A stretch of DNA of 64,000 nt from Somniosus microcephalus (Eukaryota): positions 157,604,001 to 157,668,000 of the forward strand of contig CM126211.1 of the NCBI GenBank assembly GCA_052327205.1. The letters run 5' to 3'. Of the stretch, positions 43,759 through 58,777 are shown one piece after another. Position numbers and translations under genes: made by a program. Below the pieces are notes generated by a model. It saw only the letters and a program-made list of their open reading frames with translations. It made no database searches and was not told the DNA's origin. The number at the start of each line of letters is the position of its first letter. Positions within the stretch are counted from its first letter, which is position 1.

Positions 43759-45477
43759 GGGCTGAATTTTACCAGGGCGGGCGACGTCCTGGGCGAGTCC
43801 CGACCCCACAGCTGTGTCGATCCTAGCCTCTGACATGATTTTACGATGATTGGGCTTGTTAAGCCCGCCCTGAGAGGTTCCCGGACAATTAAAAGGAAGT
43901 GGGTCTGATGACATCATCTGATGATGTGCCATCAGCCGGTTTCCTTAAAGGGGCCATGTCCACATTAATTTTGACAGTTGTGCTGTCAGTGTTCTGCAGC
44001 AAACACTGACAAGCACTGCACAAAGGTGCACGGCTGCACTCAGGTTCGCCCATGACTCCCTCCATATGTTTATGGAGGGAGTCACAGTGCACAGGGAGGT
44101 TCTCTTCCCTTCCAATGGGCGGAAGAGACCTCCCCAGGACACCAACGCAGCCTGGTTGCACATTGCACAGGAGGGCACAAGCACAGATTTCATCAGGAGG
44201 ACCAGGCTGTAGTGGCGTAAACCTTTCAATGATCTCAATGGATCACAAAACGTTACTGCAAAGCCACACTCAGCCTCGTCCTGCTGTGCCTCTCACCACA
44301 TCCCCATCACTCTGCCTTCCCTACCCTAGTCCTGCACATCCTTACTCACACCAACTTACCTTGCACCTCCACCCATCCCCCTCTATCTACATTATCACTT
44401 CCCCATCTCACTAGCCACCCCTCATCCTTGTCCAATTATGCCAACTAACAACAAGAGTAGGCACTTGGCTGTTATCGCCAATGTTCATGTAAAATTTCTG
44501 TTAATGTGTTGTCAAACATTGAAATCTTCATTTTCAACAATTTGCCTTCTTGGACAGATCTGTGTGCACCTTTGGAAATGGCTTAGCGAGTTGCAGTGAA
44601 TGGTGAGACATAACAGTAACCCCCCCCCTCAATGGTGATGAGTGTGAAAGGAATGGCTTGGGCATTGTAGGGATGCTTTATGGTGTTGGTGTGGGGTGGT
44701 GCCAACCTGGCGCATCATGTGGCAGCCAGGGTGTACAGCCTCAAGTGAAGTAAATCTGGCCATGGTGAGGCCATCCCTGGCCACCCCGGGAACAATCTGC
44801 TCGGGTGCTGATGTCCTGTGCAGCATCAGGTGATTGTGGAGAAGGCTGGTGATGCTGGTGTGCCTAGTGATGTTGGTGTTGGGGCTAATCATGGTGGGAT
44901 TCTGAGGACCAAGGTGAGATTTTTTCAATGGCACCAATGCCAATATAATAGATGGCAGCTGAAGTTGAGATGACAGAAGCGATCTGTCAATGGTAAAAGG
45001 TGTAGCTCCAAGGAGTTGACACTGGATAGAGAATTTGCTCCAAACCTCCATAAAGCTGAAGTGTATTCCAAATGCTGAAGGCTCCAGCTTCTAAGATTGG
45101 AAATTGAACAGCTGTGAAATGGTAACTTTTATACCACTTTTGCAGCTGTCAACTATTCACTGCAATGGAGAGTCATTGAGAACCCGACACACTTACCTGA
45201 CGTGATCCACAAGTGCCGGGAACCTCGTTAAAAACATGGAAAAAACTTTAGGACCTGGTAAAATGCTGCTTAAATGCTTTTAAGCAGCTTCTTAAGTATC
45301 TCAATTGCCTGACCCACCGCTTAGTGCCTGGTCTGCAAACTACAGGCAGAGCCGGCACTTGGGAAATTAACAAGGAGGCGGGTTCAGAGCGGACTTCCGC
45401 CCTGCTGTCAATCACTGCCATTTTGACTGCAGACCTGCCTCCAAACTCGCACTCGCAGCGCCGGTAAGATTCTTGCC
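43759..45477. mobile_element. Duplicate copy of Harbinger element 3
   Basis: Same as 15314-17032. Confidence 0.85.
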
Positions 45478-46287
45478 TGTCTTTCTGAACTGAGTGTCAT
45501 AAGATTTTGAAATTTAGCCTTTAAGAATGAAAAAAAAGTTTTGTGACAAGTGCAGTACAGACTATTTGGTTCAGCACTAGTACATGCATGCCTCCAATTC
45601 ATTTTTTTGTTGCGAATATTCCCCTCAGCTTAACATCCTTTTTAGTAGCTGTATACACCCATCTACACTACCTGCTCATTTTAGACATGCAGAAACTTGC
45701 TTGTAATCACCTAGCCTCTCTGTTAATTTACAATGAATACCCACACACTGTTTGTCATCTACACAAATATGTAACCCTAACTGCAGCTAGAGCTTTATAT
45801 CTTTTTGTATAATAGCAGTAACTTTTTTTAATATACTATATCCTCTGCAAAATAATGCATTATCTGAGCAGGACTGAGTGACTCCAGCATTACCACCAGT
45901 ATTCCTTCAATATTCTGCACTTTTTTTTTCTTTTGCATTAGTTCTCCTCTCCCAATCTTTCACTGGAAAGCTGTGACTTTCACAGGCTCTCTGTAGGTGG
46001 CAGAGCAGACATGTGAGCTGCAGGTGGCTTCAGAATTGCGTTGCAGTATATCTGATACCAGATGCATGCCTGTGAATGTGATCCAGAAATAAAATTGGTG
46101 GGTGGGAAGGAAGGGAATAGTTTGTAACAGGTTCCAAAAATCCAGGAACAGCATCTACTTTTAAGAAATTAGTGAAGTCTTGTGAGAGGGTGAAGAGGTA
46201 AGCTGTAGCTGGAGGACCTGTGTGTGGGGTGGTGCCAACCTGGCGCATCATGTGGCAGCCAGAGTGTACAGCGTCAAGTGAAGTAAA

Positions 46288-49200
46288 TCCTAGGCCCAAC
46301 CATCTTCAGCTGCTTCATCAATGACCTTCCCTACAACATAAGGTTAGAAATGGGATGTTCACTGATGACTGCACAGTGTTCAGCGCCATTCACAACTCCT
46401 CACATAATGAAGCAGTCCATGTCCGCATGCAACAAGACCTGGACGACGTTCAGGCTTGGGCTGATAAGTGGCAGGTAACATTCGCGCAACAGAATATAAC
46501 ATAAGAAATAGGAGCAGGAATAGGCCACTTGGCCCCTCGAGCCTGCTCCGCCATTCAATAAGATCATGGCTGATCTTGGGCTCAGGGCCACTTCCCCGCC
46601 CGCTCCCCATACCCTTCACTCCCTTATCTTGCAAAAATTTGTCTATCTCCACCTTAAATGTATTTAATGACCCAGCCTCCACAGCTCTCTGGGGCAGAGA
46701 ATTCCACAGATTTCCGACCCTCTGAGAGAAGAAATTCCTCCTCATCTCAGTTCTAAAAGGGCGACCCTCTATTCTAAAACTGTGCCCCCGCGTTCTAGAT
46801 TTCCCCACGAGGGGAAACATCCTCTCTGCATCTACCTTGTCGTGCCCCCTCAGTATCTTGTATGTTTCAATAAGATCACCTCTCATTCTTCTAAATTCCA
46901 ATGAGTATAGGCCCAGCCTGCTCAACCTTTCCTCATAAGTCAACCCCCTCATCTCTGGAATTAACCTAGTGAATCGTCTCTGAACTGCCTCCAATGCAAG
47001 TATATCCTTCCTTAAATAAGGAGACCAAAACTACGCAGTACTCAAGGTGTGGTCTCACCAATACCCTGTACAGTTGTAGCAGGACTTCCCTACTTTTATA
47101 CTCCAACCCCTTTGAAATAAAGGCCGACATTCCATTTGCCTTTTTGATTACTTGCCGTACCTGCATGCTAACTTTTTGTGTTTCATGCACAAGGACCCCC
47201 AGGTCCCTCTGAACTGTAGCATTTTGTAATCTCTCTCCATTTAAATAATAATTTACTTTTTTATTTTTCCTGCCAAAGTGTATAACCTCACACTTTCCCA
47301 CATTATACTCCATCTGCCAAATGTTTGCGCATTCACTTAGCCTGTCTATATCCCTTTGCAGGTTCTTTGAGTCCTCTGCACAACTCGCTTTCCCACCCAT
47401 CTTTGTATCATCCGCAAACTTGGCTACATTACACTCAGTCCCTTCATCCAAGTCATTAATGTAGATTGTAAATAGTTGAGGCCCCAGCACCGATCCCTGT
47501 GGCACCCCACTAGTTACCGTTTGCCAACTGGAAAATTACTCATTTATCCCGACTCTCTGCTTTCTGTCAGTTAGCCAATTCTTTATCCATGCCAGGCAAT
47601 GACGATCTCCAACAAGCAAGAGTCTAACCACCTCCCCTTGACATTCAACGGCATTACCATTGCCGAATTCCCCACCATCAACATCCTGGGGGTCACCATT
47701 GACCAGAAACTTAACTGGACCAGCCACATAAATACTGTGGCAACAAGAGCGGGTCAGAGGCTAGGTATTCTGTGGCGACTGTCTCGCCTCCTGACTCCCC
47801 AAAGCCTTTCCACCATCTACAAAGCACAAGTAAGGAGTGTGATGGAATACTCTCCACTTGCCTGGATGAGTGCAGCTCCAACAACACTCAAGAAGCTCGA
47901 CACCATCCAGGACAAAGCAGCTCGCTTGATTGGCACCCCATCCACCACCTTAAACATTCACTCCCTCCACCACCGGCGTACTGTGGCTGCAATGTGTACC
48001 ATCTACAAGATGCACTGCAGCAACTCGCCAAGGCTTCTTCGGCAACACCTCCCAAACCCGCAACCTCTTCCACCTAGAAGGACAAGGGCAGTAGGTGCAT
48101 GGGAACACCACCACCTCCAAGTTCCCCTCCAAGTCACACACCATCCTGACTTAGAAGTATATCGCCGATCCTTCATTGTCGCTGGGTCAAAATCCTGGAA
48201 CTCCCTACCTAGCAGCACTGTGGGAGTACCTTCACCACACGGACTGCAGCGGTTCAAGAAGGCAGCTGACCACCACCTTCTCGAGGGCAATTAGGGATGG
48301 GCAATAAATGCTGGCCTTGCCAGCAACACCCACATTCCATAAACGAATTTAAAAAAACTGCTGGCTGCATGCAGCCCACCCAACATCGGTGGCACTTACT
48401 TGTACCAACTGTCAGTATTCAGAATATACTTCCTTTTGAACTAAAGAAAACAAATGCTGTTTGGAGATAGTTATCCCATTCCCTAGTGCAAACAAAAAAC
48501 CCTGTTCATCATAGGGACACAATCCTGCATAGAAAAGGGAAAGCCCTACATTCAAATCTAGCCAGAGATGGAGAAAGAAGCAGTGACTACAAGCAGGCAA
48601 CTGAGATTGGCAGGTAGGTAGCCTCAGAGTAGAGTAGAGGCACTGTGGAGGCCATGTGGCGGTCACTGACTGAGACTGAATAGGAAATAGCGGAGGCTCT
48701 GACCATCATTTTCCAATCCTCTCTGGCTACAGGCTTGGTGCCAGAGGACTGGAGGACTGCTAATGTTGTGCCATTGTTTAAAAAGAGAGAAAGGGATAGA
48801 CCAAGTAATTACAGGCCAGTCAGCCTAATCTCGGTGGTGGGGAAAATTATTAGAAAAAATTCTGAGGGACAGTATAAATCATCATTTAGAAAGTCATGGA
48901 TCTGTTAAGGGAAGGTTGTGTTTGACTAACTTGATTGAATTTTTGGAGGAGTTAACGAGAAGGGCTGATGAGGGTAGTGCATTTGACGTGGTCTACATGG
49001 ATTTTAGCAAGGCCTTTGACAAGTTCCTACATGGCAGGTTGTTGGTCAAAAAATGTAAAAGCCCATGGGATCCAAGGGAAAGTGACAAGTTGGATCCAAA
49101 ATTGGCTTAGTGGCAAGAAGCAAAGGGTAATGGTCGACGGGTGTTTTTGTGACTGGAAGGCTGTTTCCGGTGGGGTTCCACAGTGCTCAGTACTAGGTCC

Positions 49201-50559
49201 CCTGCTTTTTGTGGTATATATCAATGATTTAGACTTCAATGTAGGGGTCATGATTAAGAAGTTTGCAGATAATACAAAAAATGGCCATGTGGTTGATAGT
49301 GAGGAATAGAGCTGTAGACTGCAGGAAGATATCAATCGACTGGTCAGGTGGGTAGAAAAGTGGCAAATGCAATTTAATCCGGAGCAGTATGAGGTAATGC
49401 ATTTGGGGAGGGCTAACAAGGCAAAGGAATACACAATAAATGGTAGGATACTGAGAAATGTAGAGGAACAGAGGGACATTGGAGTGCATGTCCACAGATC
49501 CCTGAAGGTAGCAGGATGGGTAGATAAAGTGTTAAGAAGGCATACAGGATATTTTCCTTTACTGGCTGAGGCATAGAGAGGGGGACCTAAAACCGGCGTC
49601 ATGCCCCTCATTAGCATATGTTTTAGACAGCCGCCACAAATGCCAGAAAATATTTCTACACCAATATGGTGTCAGGAGTCCTTGTGAAAATGGCACAATA
49701 ATGACCAATTTATACCCCATTCAGGCAAATATTAACAACGTTTAACAAAGTGCCACATAATAGGCTTGTTAGCAAAATTAAATCCCATGAGATTAAAGGG
49801 ACAGTGGCAGAATGAATACACAATTGGCTAAGGGACTGTAAGCAGAGAGTAGTGGTGAACAGTTGGTTTTCAGACCGGAGGGATGTATGCAGTGGTGTCC
49901 CCCAGGGGTCAGTATTAGGTCCACTGCTCTTTTTGATATATATTAATGACCTCGACTTGGGTATATCTTTGCAACATCTACAAGTTTACAGATGATACAA
50001 AACTTGGAAATGTAGTAAATAGTGAGGAGGATAGTAGCAGACTTCAGGAGGACATGGACAGACTGGTGAAATGGGCAGACACATGGCAGATGAAATTTAA
50101 TGCAGAGAAGTATGAAGTGATGCATTTTGGAAGGAAGAATGAAGAGAGACAATATAAACAAAATGGTACAATTTTAAAGGGGGTGCAGAGACCTAGGGAA
50201 TCACATACACAAATCTTTGAAGGTGGCAGGACAAGTTGGTTCCTTGGCTTTATAAATGGCAGCATAGAGTACAAAAGCAAGGAAGTTATGCTAAACCTTT
50301 ATAAATCACTAGTTAGGCCTCAGCTGGAGTATTGTGTCCAATTTTGGGCACCACACTTTAGGAAAGATGTCAAGGCCTTTGACAGAGTGCAAAGGAGATT
50401 TACCAGGATGAGGGACTTCAGTTATTTGAAAAGACTAGAGAAGCTGTGATTGTTTGGTTAGAGCAGAGAAGGTTATGGGGAGATTTAATAGAGGTGTTCA
50501 AAACAGTGAAGGATTTTGATAGCGTAAATAAGTAGAAACTGTTTACAGTGGCAGAAGGG
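46288..50559. mobile_element. Duplicate copy of the LINE/CR1 fragment cluster
   Basis: Same as 17843-22114. Confidence 0.88.
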
Positions 50560-52072
50560 ACATGTGGAAAATTCTTTGTTCCAGTCCTACTTAGGTCCCC
50601 TCCCTCACCTCTTTTTCCGGTACATTGATGACTGTATCGGTGCTGTTTCCTGCTCTCGCCCTGAACTAGAAAATTTCATTCACTTTGCTTCCAATTTCCA
50701 CCCTTCCCTCACCTTCACATGGTCCATCTCCGACTCTTCCCTTCCCCTCCTCAACTTCTCCGTCTCCATCTCCATCTCTGGGGATAGGTTATTGACAAAC
50801 ATTCACTACAAGCCCACTGACTCCCACAGCTACCTGGACTGCACTTCCTCCCACCCCGCTTCCTGCAAGGACTCTATTCCATTCTCCCAGTTTCTACATC
50901 TCCGCCGCATCTGCTCTGACGATGCCACCTTCCATACCAGTGCTTCTGACATGTCTTCCTTTTTCCTCAACCGAGGATTCCCCTCTACTGTGGTTGACAC
51001 GGCCCTTGACCGTGTCCGTTCTATCTCCCGCACTTCTGCCCTCACTCCTGCCCCTCCCTCCCGGAACCACGATAAGGTTCCCCTTATCCTCACCTTTCAC
51101 CCCACCAGCCTCCACATTCAACGGATCACCCTCCGGCATTTCTGCCACCTCTAGCGTGATCCCACCAACAAACACATCTTCCCCTCACCTCCCCTTTCAG
51201 CATTCTGAAGGGACCGCTCCCTCCGCGACACCCTGGTCCACTCTTCTATCACCCCCAACAGCCCTTCCCCTTTGCCCGTCACCTTCCCGTACAAGCGCAG
51301 GAGATGCAACACATGCCCTTATACCTCCCCCCTTCCCACTGTCCAGGGCCCCAAACACCCCTTCCAGGTGAAACAGCGATTTACTTGTACTTCTTGCAAT
51401 TTAGTATACTGTATTCGCTGCTCATGATGTGGTCTCCTCTACATTGGGGAGACCAAACGCAGATTGGGTGACCGCTTTGCGGAACACCTCTGTTCAGTGC
51501 ATAAGGGGGACCCGAGCTTCCGGTCGCCTGTCACTTTAATCCTCCGCTCCACTCCCACTCAGACCTCGCCATCCTCGGCCTCTTACACTGTTCCACTGAA
51601 GCTCAACGTAGGCTCAAGGAACAGCACCTCATCTTTCAATTAGGCACTTTACAGCCTTCTGGACTCAACATAGAGTTCAACAATTTCAGATCATAACCTC
51701 GGCCCCTATCATATATATATTTTTTTCACTTTTTTTTTCTCTCCCACATGGCAGCTGTCTTTCATTCTGCCAGCGCAATTTACACTAGAGCCATATTTGT
51801 TTCTTAACCTGTCTCATTACCATCTCCTTTTGCCTTGAATATCTCTTAATGCCTCTTAACCTCTCCTGCCTTCTATCCTATCACAGACCTTCCCTTTTGT
51901 TCTTTCATTCCCTCCCCCCCTTTCCCAGCTCCTACACGTGCTTAAAAATCTGTTCCATTTCCTGCTTTTTTCCAGTTCTGACGAAAGGTCATCGACCTGA
52001 AACGTTAACTCTGTTTCTCTCTTCACAGATGCTGCCTGACCTGCTGAGTATCTCCAGCATTTTCTGTTTTTA
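50560..52072 (+). mobile_element. Duplicate copy of the Penelope element
   Basis: Same as 22115-23627. Confidence 0.9.
51974..52010 (+). ncRNA. Duplicate copy of the hammerhead ribozyme motif
   Basis: Same as 23529-23565. Confidence 0.72.
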
Positions 52073-52791
52073 AACCAATTGGATAAGCTGTTTCAAAGAG
52101 CTGGCACAAGTATAATCGGCTGAATGGCCTCCTCTGTGCTGAATGATTCTAGGTCCCTACATGTACAGTTTTAGCACAGCTTTGCTCATGAACTGGAGTC
52201 CTGATATTTTTTCTCTCCCGAGCCTGGAGATTCTTCAGTAAATTGTAGTGTCCCCACTACCACTCTTAACTGATGCTAGTTAATTGTAGCACAAATCAGG
52301 AATTAAATTCAGGAGTGCCATGGCAATGTGCCATTTGCCCACTGAGCTGTCAAGCTTTCATAACATTGAATCTGGTTCTAAGTTATTTTGTCATGCTTTA
52401 CAAATGTACTAGAATGTTCATAAGAACAAAACATGCAGTGCAGCCGGTTATTTGCATTGAATTATAATTTTAAGAGTTTAAAACAAATAATTTTGAATTC
52501 ATGTTAATATGATGCTTAATTTTATGAAGAACTGAGGAATTCAATTATATACCATAATAAAACAGAACGAAGACATGGCACTAAAAAGGAGCAGATGCTT
52601 TAGCTCAAATGGTCAACTTTTAATTTATTATAAGAGGGGGGAAAAGAAGAAACATTTTTGCAGTGTTCCACAGTAGAAAATCTGTACAATTGAAAAGCTG
52701 TGGAATCATTACATTAAGAATTAAGTGGGAACGGATGAAATAAGGAACATGTTGTATTACTAGAAGTATATTTTCTTTGTTTTTTGTGCAG

Positions 52792-52930
52792 GATATTTGC
52801 AGCATTTCCTCAAGGCATGCAGCAATGAGACCTGGTTCCGCACTTGTTCCATGCTTCTGAGAAACTCTAAACTGGAGGTACAAATACTAGAGAAACTCAG
52901 CGTCATCCTACAGAAACTCTCTAAAATAAA
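52792..52930 (+). CDS. CCDC138: Duplicate copy of the CCDC138 penultimate coding exon
   Basis: Same as 24347-24485; probably redundant assembly sequence. Confidence 0.8.
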
Positions 52931-53676
52931 GTACGAAAAATTACAGCTTGCTGAAGTGACTGAAATGTTGCCAATGTATTAAGTATAATTTCAAAAATTT
53001 AATGTGTAATTTTATGTGTCATTTAAGTTGGCTTTTATTCATAATAGTAATTGTTCTTTGACGTGCTTGTGATACCTAGCACTAACATTTAAAACGACTT
53101 CACAAATAGAAATTTGTCCTTGGACACCCATATGTGTGGAAGGATTCAGACACTTTATATTCCAGTCCCCTCCCCCAATTAATTGAGCTTTTCCCTAATG
53201 ACGTGGGCAATTTCAAAAATGAAGCTTACTGTGATATTTAACATTTTGTCTGATTTAAGATGATCCCAAACTACATTATGAGCATGATACTTAAGCATGC
53301 ACAACTCAATTTTTATTGAATTTCAATTTATTTCTTATTTAAATCACACTCTGCACTGAAGCTGAGGTAAGTAATGTAATATTTGAGATTAATCATCTGG
53401 TCCAGATTATGAACAGGAGACAGGATGTCAAATGATCTTCAAACCAAAAAACCAGAAAGCAAAACCAACTTGCAGTCTGCATTTGAAAAACTAGCCTCAC
53501 CATTTGAAAATATCCATTTATATCAATTGCAATTTATGACTGCAGTTTTCAGCAGTTAAAATTAATGTTTCTGATAGATGAGGATCAACTCCAAAACTTT
53601 GTTGTCTAAACCCTCAGAGATAAAGTGTAATACTATTAGACAGATAGACTAATTGAAATGTATACTTTCTTTACAG

Positions 53677-53857
53677 GAATAATAAGAAACTATTTGAATT
53701 GTTCACAATCCACATCTTGATTCAAGAGTTACACAGGACTACAGATCCGGAGCATACTTTCCTGGCTGTCAACCTCCAGTCCATTCTGTTTAACCTAGGC
53801 ATAACTAAAGGCACTGCTTTGGCCAGCAGTCTGGGCAACAGCATTTCAAATCAGTGA
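53677..53857 (+). CDS. CCDC138: Duplicate copy of the CCDC138 last coding exon
   Basis: Same as 25232-25412; probably redundant assembly sequence. Confidence 0.8.
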
Positions 53858-54116
53858 GCATCTATCCATTTAGACTGAGTGCTGCTTTTTATACTGTTAC
53901 CATCACTGGTAAGCTTTCTGTGTCTAATTTATCAACAATTCACAGCTCTTGTACTTTGCTATATTTAAACAAAGCATGTTTTAGTGTACATATTTTTAAT
54001 TGAAACCAAATCAAAACTTCAGTTGCTTCAGGGAAATGGAGACTTTACCTCTAAGCTATTGGGGAACAGTCCCTGTATGTCAGTTGTTAACATTCATACC
54101 CGAGTTAGAAGATTGT

Positions 54117-54825
54117 GGGCTAGAAATTCAGTGGGCTTTGCGCCCAGTTACCGCCCAAATAGGGTTTCTGCGCCAGTGTAAGAGGGTGCGCTGATATTCA
54201 GCGCTGCGGTAATGGCGGCGGTAGCCGGTAGCGCTGCGCCGACACCGATGACGTCATCGGTGTGCGCAGTGCCCCGGTTCCGCCCCGCTTCCGGCCCAAA
54301 CCCCCTATTTAGTTGCGGCCGCCTCTTCTGCAGCGGCCGCAAACAGCGATTGAAAAACGGGGCCGTACTGCTGCGCTACTGGGGCGCTTTAAGGTGGAGG
54401 TGCGGCCGGCCGCTTTTTCGGCGGCCGCCTGCCCGCACCTCCTTCCCCGGCCTCCTCCACCACCCTCCCCCCCCCCCCGCGGCATTGCCGGCTGCTTTCC
54501 GCGAGCCCGGCACTTCTCCGTGGTGCCGGGCTCATTTGCCGGCACAATCCAGCGGCGATCTCGCTGTTGCAGGCACCTCCCCCTTAAGAGAAGGAGGAGG
54601 CCTGCAGTACCGCAGCCTGCCGCTCCGCAGCGGGTGGCGCAGCGGGGCCTACAGCGCAGAAATTCAGTTTCAGCGCCCCAAGCGGGGGCGGGCACACCCT
54701 GGAATAGCGCCCGGTTCCGACTTGGGGCGCAAAAGCCGAATATCTGACGGGCGCACCTGGCTCCGCGCGCAGCGCTAACTTTTGGGCGTTAGCCTGCTGG
54801 CGGGCCTTAACTGAATTTCTAGGCC
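54117..54825. mobile_element. Duplicate copy of the Harbinger MITE
   Basis: Same as 25672-26381 with one substitution and a 1-bp shorter C run. Confidence 0.9.
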
Positions 54826-57682
54826 TGTGGGTTTGAGTCTCGTACCAGGAGCTCATATCTAGGTTGACACTTCAGTACAAAACTGAGGGAGAGAATGCTA
54901 TCTTTTCAGTGGGACATTAAATCAAAGTCCTGTCTGCCTGTTCAGGATGAAGAAGAGCAGGATGTTCTCCTTGTGTATTGGCCAACTTTTCTCCCACAAC
55001 CAATACCACCAAAAAAGATGATTTGTGGGATCTTGCTGATGCAGAATGGCTGCTACATTTGCCTGCATTATAGCATCTCTACTCCAAAGGTGGTTCATAT
55101 ATGAAGCACTTTGATACGTTTTTGAGAGACATGAGAAGGTACTGTACACACAAATACAGTTATTTCTTATTTCATTCTTCCAAAGGTATCCGTTAAATGT
55201 ATTTGCTACATTAAATGGTAGGTTATAATTCACCATATAAATTGCCAACATTGCATTAAAACTCTTAAAATTCTGGAGTGCAACTAAATGTTCTTCCCTC
55301 CCTATCAGAATTTTTCTTTCCTGTCCTCCTTCTCCTGGTTCTAATCACTTATGCCATGATAAGGTTCCATGAGCAGCAGAGGCCCATGCCGCATCCAGGT
55401 GACCATTTTGTAATGAACCCAGATGATGTCATTAGGCTAATTGACTTTGGTCATTACAGCCATTACATGTTATCTTCATTCCATACCTGCCACGTCTATT
55501 TCAGTATGTCACTGAATAGTGATCAAGAGCAGACTCCTAACCAACTGATTAAAAAAAAAAGTTTGAATTCCTCCCTCTAATTTTCCTTTTCCACTTCTAC
55601 CATTCCCACTACTTTCCTGGCTAAGATTAATTAACCAAACACAAATCAAGAACTGGATGTTTCTACCTTCCTAGTCTGGGTAACCAGTTCCACACCACTT
55701 GGTGCAATAACTCACTGAACCAATGAGGAGTTCAAAATAGGCTTGCTTTTAGGTTGTTCTGTTAGACTCTAGGTTTACAGTTTTTTTTGGTAAAGCACAG
55801 AGTGCATTTGCAGTACCAATAAAAGTAAACTGGAACTGTTTTGGATTGTGTTGATTTTGTGCTACTAACTTAAAACCAATAAGCAGCCATCTAATTTGTA
55901 CCTCCTGTCAATTTATATAAAAGTAGACATGGCACTTGTTTCTATTACTAATGCAAAGTTGACAGTTATTTTTGTGGTAAGATTGCACATGGCATGTCTA
56001 TCACCATTTTACTATTCACTTGATGCTGGTATTTAACTGCCAAAGCGATTAAGAACAAAACAAGCTTGTAATTAAGCTCATAAGTAGTGGTGGGGAACAG
56101 ACCAAATTGTAATTTTCAATGATAAATTCCATAACTAAAATCTGCAGTGACATTTAGTCGAAGCTGAATTAGAACTTAACACTGGTTCCAAAACACTATA
56201 ATTGCATTCACGGATACAGATTCTATTCCACTATTAATGACGCATGAGTTGTATACCAGCAAAAAGAAACATGAGATGGTTGAAAGAGGTATTAAAAAAA
56301 AAATGCTTTCCTGAGACTCCTGCTTTAAAGTATACATGTGTGGATATTGGACGAGAATAAGATCCATTTTGGCTGTAATATCCCCATGGTCAAATAGCCT
56401 GTTACTACATAGGCTCACATATGAAGAATGGCCAAATGGGTGAGATACCATTTCTACCAGAGGTTCTACCAGAGCCAGTGAAACTGGACCCCAGCAAGAG
56501 ACACCTTCCAAGTTTTTCATGTTACATTTTTTTGCTGTATTCACTACAAACATATTAAAATGTGCAAAGTGCCTGGTATCCAATGCAGGTGGGGTTCATT
56601 ACTGAACTTAATTTCTCTTTGCAGGTTAATGTCTTTTAAAATAGCAAACAGAAGATTTTCATAGTGTTAACATGTCCATTACTACTATTGCGCAAGGCAG
56701 TTTCATCCTTCCCCCATCTTTAAGATTTCCTAATCTAATAATGAATGGTCTATCCTAATTAGTAACCGAAACAAATATCCTGTTATCATTCAAAATCCAA
56801 TTACCATCTAAATAGCGGCAGCAAAGTTTAGTAGTAAAGCAAGCTTATAACTAGAATTTAGTCTTAGAATCCATTCACTAGAGGGGGAAAAATTACAGGC
56901 TTACAATTTGGTCTCTGACTTCAAACTGTTCTAATCGTCAGAGTATTGAGTTCTCCTTATGTATTATTTTTCAATTGTCTTGATTTAGTTTTCTGCCAAG
57001 TTCTAATATACTTCTCACTTTTCCTACAATTTTGGTGCCACTATTCAAACTGAGGAGAGGATCCTGTTGCCAGGAACATTTTTCTGGTGTTTCAATAATG
57101 GCTATAACTAACATTTTGAAAGGAAAGCATTGATACATTTTGGCGTCTCATTTGCAACAGTGAGATTAGAAGTAATGGGGGAGAAATTCAGTTGTTAGCA
57201 CCAGCCGTTAGCGCCTTAAGAGGGCGATAAGTGGGGCGCGAAGCGGCTAGCGCCCGGGTGCAGCGAGACCTGCGCCTCTCTCGAAATTGAGCGGACATTT
57301 AGCGGCGGCGCAAAAACCGCAACACCCGCTCAGCTGCGCGCGCAGATCCTGACGTCATTTCATGGTGCAACGCCCTTGGACGCCCCGAACCGGAACTTCA
57401 GTGGCGCCCCTGTTCTTTCCGCCTGGTGCTCCCAGCGACTGGTTGACTGGAACGGTTCCCAGTCGCTGTGGGGCTGGGGGGGGCGCTATTTAAAGGGGAC
57501 TCTTCCTGGCTTCTTAGTGGTAGCCCTTTTGGACCACTCCTTCTGTGAGAGAGAGAGAGATTTGCAGAGAGAAAGGGAGAGAGCTTTCTACATTGAGTCA
57601 GCGCTCGCACAGGTACTTCTGGCTTCAGCCCAGAACTTTACAGTTGGATTGATTTTTCAGTGCCATAGCCTTGGGGGCAGCA

Positions 57683-58777
57683 ATGGGTGGAAATGTTGGG
57701 TTTCTCCATTGCATTGAGAGGGCTCAGAGACGCCGAGAGAGAGTGCCAATCATGGCCAGACGGAGGAGGGCCAACAGGAGACCTTACCCTCCCAGAGTAT
57801 TCCGCCAGCAGTTCTCCTACCTCAACATGTCTGAGGAGCAGTGTATTCGGAGGCTTCGATTCAGCAGGGAGGTGGTCACTGAGCTCTGCCACCTGCTTCA
57901 GACAGATCTGCAGCCTCAGCTGAGGAGCAGGACGTCTCTGTCGGTGGCAGTGAAGGTGACAGTGGCTCTCAACTTCTATGCCACCGGCTCCTTCCAATCC
58001 GCTACTGGGGACATTGCCAATGTCTCCCAGTTTGCGGTGTATTGCTGCATCCGCCAAGTCACGAATGCCCTCTTCAAAAGGAGACATCAGTACATTTCCT
58101 TCCCCATGACCCTGGACAAGCAGCAAGAGCGCGCAATGGGATTTGCAAGAATAGCGGGCTTCCCCATGGTCCAGGGCGCCATTGACTGCACGCATGTGGC
58201 TTTGCAGACACCTCAAGAGAATGCCGAGGATTACCGCAACCGGCAGGGGTTCCATTCGTTGAACGTGCAGTTGGTGTGTGACCACAGACAGCTGATACTA
58301 GCTGTCAATGCCCGCTTTCCAGGCAGCAGCCACGACGCCTTCATCCTGCACCAGACTTCTGTGGCAGACCTTTTCGAAGCCCTAGTTCACCCAGGAGGCT
58401 GGCTTCTCGGGGACAAGGGCTATCCTCTGTGCACCTGGCTGATGACCCCGCTCCGTGCGCCCAGCACCCCTGCTGAAGAACGATACAATGACAGCCATCA
58501 AGCGACCAGGAACATCATTGAGCACACAATCGGCATGCTAAAGCAACGGTTCTGCTGTCTGGACCATTCCGGGGGAGCCCTTCAGTACTCGCCTGAGCGA
58601 GTCTCCCATTTCGTTGTAGTGTGCCGCATGCTGCATAACCTGGCAATCCTCAGGACTCAGCCACTGCCACCAGACATTGGAGCACCGGAAGAGGAGGAGG
58701 AGGAGGAGCACCAAGACGGGAGGGAGGCACAAAGTGCAAGGGCCGTCCATCAGCGGCTTACTGCAAGTCGATTCTAG
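57683..58777 (+). CDS. Duplicate copy of the Harbinger transposase ORF
   Basis: Same protein as 29239-30333. Confidence 0.9.
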   Translation: MGGNVGFLHCIERAQRRRERVPIMARRRRANRRPYPPRVFRQQFSYLNMSEEQCIRRLRFSREVVTELCHLLQTDLQPQLRSRTSLSVAVKVTVALNFYATGSFQSATGDIANVSQFAVYCCIRQVTNALFKRRHQYISFPMTLDKQQERAMGFARIAGFPMVQGAIDCTHVALQTPQENAEDYRNRQGFHSLNVQLVCDHRQLILAVNARFPGSSHDAFILHQTSVADLFEALVHPGGWLLGDKGYPLCTWLMTPLRAPSTPAEERYNDSHQATRNIIEHTIGMLKQRFCCLDHSGGALQYSPERVSHFVVVCRMLHNLAILRTQPLPPDIGAPEEEEEEEHQDGREAQSARAVHQRLTASRF